Assembly: GCA_023515725.1 (NCBI GenBank)
Contig: JALDTO010000206.1
Location: 330,189-394,188 of the forward strand
Direction of reading: 5' to 3'
DNA: 64,000 nucleotides
From: Amoeboaphelidium protococcarum X5
Lineage: Eukaryota > Fungi > Aphelidiomycota
Shown here: positions 54,624 through 64,000 of the stretch, piece by piece
How the letters are laid out: the number at the start of each line of letters is the position of its first letter
How positions within the stretch are numbered: the stretch's first letter is position 1
The notes under the pieces: generated by a model
The model's input: only the letters and a program-made list of their open reading frames with translations
Told to the model about the DNA's origin: nothing
Database searches by the model: none
Position numbers and translations under genes: made by a program

Positions 54624-56648
54624 TCAGCGACGCACTTTTACAGCGCGGTATAGACCAATATAGGCAAAAATGAGCAATGCGACGAGTAATCCAGTCAGAA
54701 TTAGCAGATCTTGATCAACAGTACGAGCATCATCCAATCCTAGTTTCGACAATGCCTGTTCGCCAGTGATCAAAGTATTCCCCGCCTCATCTCGGTACTT
54801 CCACCCAATGTACTCATTCTTCATCAGAGCATGGAAGCCGTACTTCATTGGAGACAGGTACTCTATCCAGATGAAATACACCGGCACAGAGGAAGTATTT
54901 ACAAATAAGCCAGCAAAAGTCATAGCCGGCATCAATATTATGGGTACGATGGCAAGGGCAACATTGATGTCATTGAAAGCACAAGCTGCGAATATACCAA
55001 TTGTCTGTCCAACATTAGCAAGAATGATGAGAGTCAGGGCAAAGATGAAGAACCTTTAAGCATCTGCACAATCCCAGAACACTGTGAAGTACATCAGTAC
55101 GGCCTGCAGTAAAGGGAAGAAGATCTAGAATGGGAGATCAACCAAAATCTTACTCAAAAAGTACGCAGGTAAGGAGTAGTACCTATTGCTAAACTCTCGA
55201 TAGAAAACCAACTTCTCATTACTAAAGATTGTCAGGATACCAAACGCGTACATCATAATCATATTAGCAACGATAAAGAAGAGAGCACCAGGGCGATTCT
55301 GCAACTGCTAGTCCAAAGTTCTAGTGTCTATGCGCCAGTAAATGCTGCCCAGCAGTAGAGCTATGAACAAAACTTAAACCAGCTTGACATTAAATAGAAG
55401 AGGATTTCTCATGACATTCAGGAATGCTCTCTTAAACAGAAATTTGAATTAAGTAAAAAATGAAGTTGCAAACTTGTTACCTTTAGCCACCTCAGCTAAC
55501 GTATCAGTGGATTACGCACTAGAGTCATAATCTCCGTCAACATCCACTTTGGAGTCAATCGAATTGAATTGCATCTCCTTAGTGCGACCTTGAGATTAAG
55601 CACTATAAGACTTGGTATGCTTCTTCCAAGAATCCAGCAGAAATTGCTTCCGCTCTCCTACAGTCTTAAACTGAGGCAACTTATCATCATACTGTCGCTT
55701 GTCATTCAGCACTTGCATGAATATGAAATCAGCAGGATTTACATACTTTGGACATGTATAGCCTAGACTCTCAAAATAGTCCACCACCTAATTAACAGGG
55801 CCGTCATATACCACGCGACCTTCTTCCAGCAAAAACAGATCATCGAATAGCATAAAGATATCAGAATTAGGCTAATGAATCGTGGTGATGATGGTACGAT
55901 CTTTGGCGAGTAATTTCAACTACTCCACGACATTATACGCGGTGAAGCTATCCAAACCACTGGTGGGTTCATCAATGAACAGTACCTGCGGATTGATAAC
56001 TAGCTCCATAGCCAGAGCCGTACGCTTGGATTCGCCACCAGAAATATTCTTAATCTTGGTATTGGCGGTGTGAGTAAGATTCAGCATGGACAAGACATCA
56101 TCCACGATGCCCTCCTTCTCCTCTCTGCCCACAGATTCGGGTAGACGCAACTGAGCACTCATCAGCACTGCCTCCCTGACCGTCTAAGTCTCCATCATAA
56201 GATCATTCTGATATACATACCCAGCCAGCTTTCTCAAATCGCCACTACTCGTTTTCTAGCCATTAATCAGAACGTGTCCGCCAGTCTTTGCGCCACTAAC
56301 ATTAATTTCATCAGCGAGAACGTTCAACAATGACGTTTTGCCGCTACCAGATGGGCCCATCACAGCCACCAGTCTAGAATGTCGGAATCGGCCACTAACA
56401 TTGCTCAGAATCTGCTTGTCAATTTTCACCTTTTTATTCTATTTCAATCTAGCAATGAAGCCAGTGTCGGAAGACTGAGGAACACCACCTCCATTCTATT
56501 CGACATCCTTCAAGAGCTTATTGTCCGGCGTGACATCCTTTGCTTTCACCTTTACTGGTATCGTTAAATTGATATCGCGGAACGTCAGATCAATCGGGTT
56601 CTTTTACTTATACTACTAGCCACCAAGTAAAGGTTCAGTGTCCTGCAT
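54624..56648 (-). CDS. ABCG/White-type half ABC transporter (NBD-TMD)
   Basis: MGPSGSGKTSLLN, ISGGESKR, DEPTSGLDSFTA, TIHQP (Q = TAG), NPADF, then an ABC2 membrane domain. Confidence 0.93.
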
Positions 56649-56876
56649 TTTGTTAAAATGTTTTAAGAATAATAGTTGCTCAGTATATGTCCGCTGCCAA
56701 AAAAAGAAAGTAATGAGCATCCACTCAATCTGCGGTAACTTAGATGGAAGGATTGCGTAATACCGCGTGATTCCGCGTGCTTGTCTGCGATTGTTTATTT
56801 GCTTTTCAAAAAGAATGACGCGCGCTGTACCGTTACTTGTTATCAGAGGCTGCAGTACAAATATAGTGAATTAGTC

Positions 56877-57908
56877 ATGTCAGATCTGATATTTAAAAAA
56901 TCTGGCATTTTAGCAGTATATAAGCCTAGAGGTGTTCTTTCTGGAGATGTGGTAAATTTTGTAAAGTAGATTCTGACTCATCTTAGGTAAAAGCATGGGT
57001 AAACAGACAATTAGTCGCAGGATAATGTGCGGAACAAGCATAACAATTCCAAAAAGAGAAAAAGAGCAGATTAATAATTTGATATGCCCACTGTGGAAAG
57101 CCTTCAACAATTTGACGCTTCACCGGAATCTTCAACTGTCGCTGTATAGAAGAAGAGAGTATATTGGCCATATAGTGATCTGAAAGTGGGACACGGTGGC
57201 ACTTTAGATCCGATGGCATGTGGCGTTCTGATTGTGGGCATCAATAAAGGGACTAAGCTTTTAAACTAATTTCTGAATGGCGACGCGTGTAGAAAGACTT
57301 ATATTGCTGATATAAAGTTTGGAACTGCCACTGATACGTATGATAGCTCAGGATCTACTACAGGAACCAAATCATTCGATCATATCACAAAAGATGCGAT
57401 TGAATCTGCTCTTAAGAAACACTTTGCTGGTGATATTATGCAGAAGCCACCTATCTACTCATCATTGAAAGTCGACGGCAAGAGGATGCATGCAATCGCT
57501 CGTGATCAGTCCACAGAGGAATCTAAGCGACTGATTTAGAATACACTAGATTCGATATAAGCGCGACCTGTGCACATCTTTTAGTCCAAATTGCTGTCCT
57601 TTGACTCTGAAGATAGCACTTGCAAGGTTGAAGTGGAATGTGGCGGTGGAACTTATATTCGCTCTTTAGTTCACGATCTCGGGCATTTGCTTGATTCATG
57701 TGCACATATGACTGGATTAGAGAGAACTAAACAAGGTCCTTTTAAAACGTCTGGCAATTCTGTGCTTAAATTGGAAGACTTGTTAGATTTGGCCAAATTT
57801 GATCATTACATGTCTGATGAAAGCATTCAAGAGAAAGTTAGTGAGTACTTTGAGGCGCAATATCTCACGTCTGATAAGAAATCCAGCGAAGAGGTCAAGT
57901 CAGAATGA
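56877..57908 (+). CDS. PUS4: tRNA pseudouridine-55 synthase (TruB family)
   Basis: [65 protein letters not shown]. The start codon is uncertain. Confidence 0.9.
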
Positions 57909-58200
57909 GCGAGTAAATATAGTACTCTTAATCGCTCCATGTGTTAATTTCACTTTAGTTTGTGAAACTTTTTACACTCAATCGTTGTCCTAGACGGTCT
58001 CCATGGCAACGAGACTCCAGCATAAAGAACAAGCGGCCCGTTTCATGACGATCGTTAGAATTGTTGAAACGCATGCCGTCTCCTTCTATATTAGATAAAG
58101 CATTCACAGTTCTAACTATTATTTTAAATATCTTCAGATATATCATCATTTGTTCTCAGTGTGTTTTGGCCCTGCTATATCTTTATTCGAATACCTGATT

Positions 58201-61200
58201 ATGACTGATTAGTTGAATACTTTTACATTGAAACGTAAGCCAGTTCAAGTTCACAGAAAGCCCGTAGCTCAAGTTTGGAGCGATGGTAAATCCTCAGCTG
58301 ATAGAGCGTAGAATGGTGATGATATTTCATCATCTAATGCATCCATCAAAGGGGCTTAAACCAGTACGTCAGTATCAATGCTTAATAGAGTTAAATCTTT
58401 GAGACGGCATAGATAGAAAAGTTCAGTTGATACGTAGAATAGTCATGTCAAGTCCAGCTCCGAGTCAGTAAAATCTTAGTCCGCATCATCTCAATAGAGT
58501 GGGAAACCGCCATCGTCTATAGTCAGACATGCTCCTGTAAGTGGATAGTATTAAACTCAGAATAAGAACATGCTGTTGTGTAATGAGTAGTAGATGGATG
58601 AACTCCTTGATGAGATGCTTTGTGATATGGCCATTACTGATCAGAATCACATAAAAAAAGTCAAAGCCATGTCAAAAGACTCCAAATGGCTTCTGCTTTA
58701 ATAGCATCACTAGAAAGGATAGCAAATTTAATAGTAGTAGCAATAGTAGCAAATTTATCCTATTAGATCGGCGAAGAAGAGCAATTCCGATATCAACTCT
58801 ATTGGTTATAATTTGCAAGATTTGTCTCATGGTTTAGTAGACTCCATCATGAAGTTTGGCACGTTGAAGTAGCAGAGTAAAGTGGATAAGAGTACTCCAG
58901 ATTATTACGCGTAGTCCCTTTAACGTTATGTCAGCTCACCATCACGAGCAGTTGACAATTAATTCACCTCGCTATTGGTATCTCTGAAGGTTGATATAGG
59001 ATCATAGCCATTAAATTGGCTGTCCTCATTTCTTGCATTGAATGGATTAAAGTTATTGCATCAAGTATCATTACAGAGTGGTGATCAATCTGCTTAAATT
59101 GAGGCAGTAAAATGCATGAAGACTCTAGTCAATAGTTAATAAGGCATTCAAGAGCTGTCGCAATAATGGTGTTTTGACAACTTTGTGAGTATGTTATTGC
59201 GCTCTTGTCTCTCTGTAAGGAGAATTGTTACCGAGATTTTGACTGTGTTGATTTACGCGTACAACGATGATGGAGACTCTAATGTAAAGTTATTTCTCAG
59301 TGCTTGTAAGACGTTGATGATATCGCAGAAGGCTCAATTTCTATTTGGACCTTGGATTGGTAGCCTCATGTTGATTGTGCAGAATGTCAGTGGTCGTCAA
59401 CTATAGGTGAAGCAGTCACTGGTGGCTGGTGTTGGCTGGATTGGCGAAAACAAGGTGACAGAGCGTGAAGTTTAAGACTTTCTCACGTGCAATATGCTTC
59501 TCATCAATGGCATCATGAACAATTTATTAACTGGCTCTGAGAGAGTGTACGTAAGGTAGTAGTTTTCTATGGCTTAGCTTGATTAGGTGCTGGTGTATTT
59601 GCATAGTATGGCCATGTCTCACGAAATACTTAGAAGGTAGTTGGAGCTCTATGATAGCCTTGCTGCAGATGATTATGAAACTCTTCGTCAGGATTTATTT
59701 GTAAATTCTAGACATGGTGAGGCTTCTTTATAACAGTCACTTACTTTATTGGCAGATACTGTGAAAGGCGATTCTGTGAGTTTGAAGCATTTAGAGAGTA
59801 TAGCGCTGCTTTTAAAATTAGCTGGTGATGGGGAGCAAGAGCGGTAGTCAATTTATTAAATGTTAAATTATGTCATATAGCAAGTTGTGTTTTGCGGTAA
59901 AGGTGTGCAGACCAACTGGTAGAATTTGGACATGCAGTTCAATATGGAGATTGTGATGAAGGAGTTCTAAGCCCAGAATGATGTTAACAAGTATAAGTTT
60001 GAGAATGCTCGACTAAAAGCCAAAATTGAGTAGCTTAAAGTAGAAAAGGTTCTGGTTGTTGCTGATACATTAAGTCCTCAAGCCAAGTTGTAGATTGAAT
60101 AGCTAGAGAAGAACTTATGCGAGATATAATCATTACTCTAGATTGATAAGTCTGTTGACAGTAATGGAAAAGAGTAAAGCCATAATTCGGTAGAGGGAGA
60201 GTCGGTGTCGAATAACACAAAGGATTTTATAGATAGTACAGTTATCTAACGAGACTCTGGTATCGATTCATTGAAAGGCAGTCAAGGCTGTGCGGCAGGA
60301 CTTTGCAGTACAGACGCGGTAGATGATAACAATAATACAACTAACACCGTGGCGACTAACGACAGTCCAGTGCTAGATGCGCTGATGAGTAAAGTTCCTC
60401 CTCCGCCAGTTGCGCCACCATTTGTGGAGAAGCCTCCAAAGAAGCCACTTTACCAAAGTAAGATGAAGATGAAGTAACTTTAGTGGCAAAAGGTTCCAGC
60501 ACACGAACTTGATCAGACTCTATGGAGTGATTTGGATTCTGCCGGAGAGGACGATATATGTCGCATACTGACTGATAACAATTTATTTTAGTATTTGGAG
60601 TCTGAATTTGCACAAGTATCTGGTAAAAGCGCATAATTAGTATCTTCTGATGAGTCTTCGCTGTCATAGCGTCAAGATCCAATCGATTTAGAGTCAAAAC
60701 TAACAAAGGCACCAGCCAAGTCAATGTTGGATCCTAAAAAGTCTTACAATCTTACTATCCTACTCAAGAGGATCAAAGATGTTGGTCCATTATTGCTTGC
60801 GATAGACAAAGTGGATTCAGCGGAAATATCAGAGGTTTGTGTCAATTAGATTCTGCAATTTCTGCCTTCTAGTGATGAGATTGCCCTCATATCGTCTGTC
60901 TAATTGACACACATAAAATCTCTGCCAATAGCCGATTAGTTCATGGTTTAGCTTCTCGGTATTCAGAATTATGAGTTAAAGTTGCGAATTCTACAACTTA
61001 AATTTAGTAATGAGGAATCATTGATGGACATTCAGAGTGGTCTGGAGATAGTGTAGAGTTCCATGAAGGAGATTAAAGAGTCACAGTCTTTAAAGCAATT
61101 TCTGCACCTTGTACTCTCTATCGGTAATGTGATGAACGTGAACAGTTTCCGAGGTGGCGCGTATGGCTTCAAAATCTCTGCGCTTTAGTCTCTATTACAC

Positions 61201-62016
61201 ACGTAGTCGATTAGATCCAATGACTGGACTATGTTGCACTTCATACTGGATATTGCTAGTCGTCATTACCCTTCTGCATTGGAATTTCTATATCATCTGG
61301 ATAGCTTACATGAGGCATGTAGGATATCAGTGTCAGTGATTGCACAGAATTTCAAGTCTATGTATCAGAGCGTGTCAATGCTTCAATCTTAATGTAGTAA
61401 ATTGGTAAACAGCAATCGCCTCGACTCTGGACATGATGATGAGGTTTTGCATCAGTAACTATAGTTTCTCTCTGACATTGAGTCTCAGCTTAGTTATATT
61501 AAGCCAGAGTATGATAGTCTCGAGTAGTCGATTAGTCAATTCCTTACATGGCTAGGAGAGGATCCGAGAAATTGCACATGGGAATCTGTTGCTAAAGAGT
61601 TGTCAACCTTTGTACTGACTGCGAAACGAGTTCTTTAATCTGTGCAAGATAAGTAACAGCTATAGTAAGTGCAACAGTTATCCGCATCCTCTGATAATGG
61701 TGTAGATTCTGCTACCAAATACAACAGACTTGGCGATGAAGAACTCTCTGCGTAATTCAGTAGTCTCAAGTAGTAGTTGCCTGTGAGAGAACGCCAACAG
61801 TCTGTGAATTTAATGGACAGTATTTTGGAGCAGCTGAAACTCGGTCTCGATCCTTCATCTCTTATACCTGGTCAACAGAAGGACATGTCTCAGCTACAAC
61901 GGCGACCAATAGGACAATCAATCTAGTACGATTCTTCACGCGAGCGGCGTAGAATATCCGTAAGTTAACACGCTCTCTAGGCAGCAGAGTTATTATCTCA
62001 ACTAGATGCCATTTGA
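58201..62016 (+). CDS. Diaphanous-related formin (GBD/FH3, short FH1, FH2, DAD-like motif)
   Basis: GBD (LKVDIGSQPLNWLSSFLALNGL), FH1 PPPPVAPP, FH2 KMKQLQWQKV...LSIGNVMN...GGAYGFKISAL, DAD-like LMDSILEQLKLG; ends TGA TGA. Confidence 0.88.
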
Positions 62017-62137
62017 TGACTGTAAAAATGATATATTCAAAAGGCATTCTTGTATGAAAGCTGCAAACAATAAAATATAAATTCACAAAAAATCTCTTTT
62101 AGTAAAATAGTATTCCACAATAGTCAAATTCAAAAGT

Positions 62138-63469
62138 TCACTTTCCAAAGATACCAGTCTTCTTTAGCTTAATCTTTCCACCGCTGTCCTAGGTGGTTGA
62201 GTTTCCAATTGCCGCAGCTCCTCTGCCAGCCTCCAGTCTTCTCTTCTTCTCCTCCAGCTCGGCGCGCTTTCTCTCAATAGCCTCACGACTCTCGCGGTGC
62301 TTCGTGTACAATTCTTCTTCATTGGCACGCATCTTGGCCTCCTTCTCCGCAACTTTAGCCTCAAACACCTACTTCATCTCAGCCTCCAACTTGGCAATCT
62401 TGGCCTCGTGCGCAGCACGCTCCTCCTCAAACTTCAGCATCGGATTCACCTAGCCTTGCGCATTAAACGTGCCATTAGAACCCGTCTGACTCAACTTTTA
62501 AGTTCTATACTGCTCATACAACACTGAACTGGTCACCTCTTTCATCTCCTCCATGTGACTTCTGATCAACATCTGACGCAGCTTCACAAAATCATTATGC
62601 TTCTCGTTATCCACTTCAACCACTCCCCAAGGATATTATCGACCACGAACCTTCTTGCCATTCACATCAATCTCTTTCGTGCTTCCCACAACGGCAAACG
62701 GGATTCTACTGACCAAGTCCTTCACCTCAGCCTGAGTCTCAGCGTCATCATACGGACCAACTGTGGGCGTGTAAATCTAAATACCATTCTCATTGATTCC
62801 ATCCATGATGCTCTACTTGAACTAGCTCAATTCTTCATCATTCATAATGTCAGACTTGGCAATCACGGGGATCAGATTAACTCTTTAATGCAGAGCTTTC
62901 ATGCACTCAATATCCAGAGGCTTCAAACTATGACCACTTGGAGCGATAAAGTATAGGCAAGCATGAACACGATTATCCACAATCTTCTTCCTGTTTACTC
63001 GCATCTCCTACTCCAGATACGAGTCGAAGCGCTGTTCAATGTTTTACACAATAGGCACCCAGCACTAGTCATTATTCATATAGTCACCATAGCCAGGAGT
63101 ATCGATCACAGTCAGGGTCAAGTTCACACTAGCCTCAGTCAAAGTTGCACTCACAGCCTATATATTAACCGTCTTTGGTGTCTCTGCAGACAATTCCTAC
63201 TGCTCCTTCTGAGGATACATGTTCGCATTAAACAAAGTATTCACCAGCGTAGACTTGCCCAATCCGCTCTCACCAACAACCATCATGGTAAAGTAGAATC
63301 CCTTCTTCACAGACTTTCTGTGCACCTAATTTGGAAGATTGGCAAACCCAACAAAGCCTTTCAATGCCTTCTTAACAATTGGCTACTAAGAGTCAGAGTC
63401 ATCATTACCAATGCTAAAACTATTCTACTACTACTGCTGTTAAGTTGGACTAACGTTTTCTCTATCCAT
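62138..63469 (-). CDS. CDC3: Septin, Cdc3/septin-7 group
   Basis: [61 protein letters not shown]-terminal coiled coil. Confidence 0.92.
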
Positions 63470-64000
63470 TCTTGCACTCTAAATACTTGATATAAAAGTA
63501 GACCTGAATATTTCCTTAACCAATTTAATATCAAAAAAGATAGTATGAAAATTCCCACACAAGTGAACGACAATACAAGCTTCAACCTTAGTAATGTTTG
63601 GCACCAAAGAGAAGAAGAAGTTGATACTACAAGGAAGGAAAGCTGTCAATTTTGAAACTGAATTTCGTCCGTCTGCTCATTGGTGAAAGGAAAGATCGAT
63701 TCGTCGCAAGAGGAAACGCACATAATGCGATCTGTATGAATTGAATGAACTAAGCGGCTGGAAAGATTATGCCGTGATTCGGATCCATTTGATATTGTGT
63801 AGTATTTTTATAAAGTATTCCTCATATGTTTAGTATGATTAAAAGTAGACGAAATTTGACGTAATCTTTAGGCATTTAACCATGATTAATCTCGCATAAA
63901 CCAAAATGAAATTTACGCTCTGGACTCTTTCTTCTCTTATCACTCACTACACGCGTAGAATTTAAAGCTACCGAAATGATACTATTGCATTTACTATTAA

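Noticed and set aside
62193-63490. Long plus-strand ORFs over the septin, and similar ones over YIF1, SSK2, PRP43 and POP1
   Set aside because: Antisense shadows of conserved genes with no motifs of their own.
63976-64000. Start of a next gene (MILLHLLL...) at the window edge
   Set aside because: Only 8 codons are visible; plausible signal peptide after a CGCG motif but unsupported.

Overview
Gene-dense, intron-poor eukaryotic (fungal-like, holomycotan) genomic DNA. It uses a non-standard nuclear code: TAA and TAG are read as Gln and TGA is the only stop (translation table 6), which is why the supplied ORF track is fragmented. Re-reading by hand with table 6 gives about 31 complete genes, all ending in TGA, with only six short GT-AG introns, five ending in TGTAG and the sixth (SHP1) having TGTAG as its most likely acceptor. 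Fungal-type genes plus TAR=Gln point to an aphelid such as Amoeboaphelidium protococcarum (inference). Recognisable genes: MPE1, TVP38, PEX16, RIM2, PRP43, an expansin-like DPBB protein, a GCK-III kinase, YIF1, SAL1/SCaMC, POP1, TAH18/NDOR1, a BSP peptidase, an RGS-C1-DH-PH RhoGEF, a CM1 (Mto1/centrosomin-like) protein, ALG9, a BRCT-fused SSK2 MAPKKK, TBCA, MOB2, TSC10, a bL35m-like protein, SHP1/p47, a PACT (pericentrin/AKAP9-like) protein, an ABCG half transporter, PUS4, a formin and septin CDC3, plus several orphan secreted or membrane proteins. The best candidates for novelty are a structured ~177-bp non-coding hairpin array between SSK2 and TBCA, the BRCT-SSK2 fusion, the animal-like RGS-RhoGEF, a hidden Mim2-like small ORF, the TGTAG acceptor, possible fossil TAR stops, and CGCG promoter elements. 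All family assignments come from motif recognition by eye, not from database searches.
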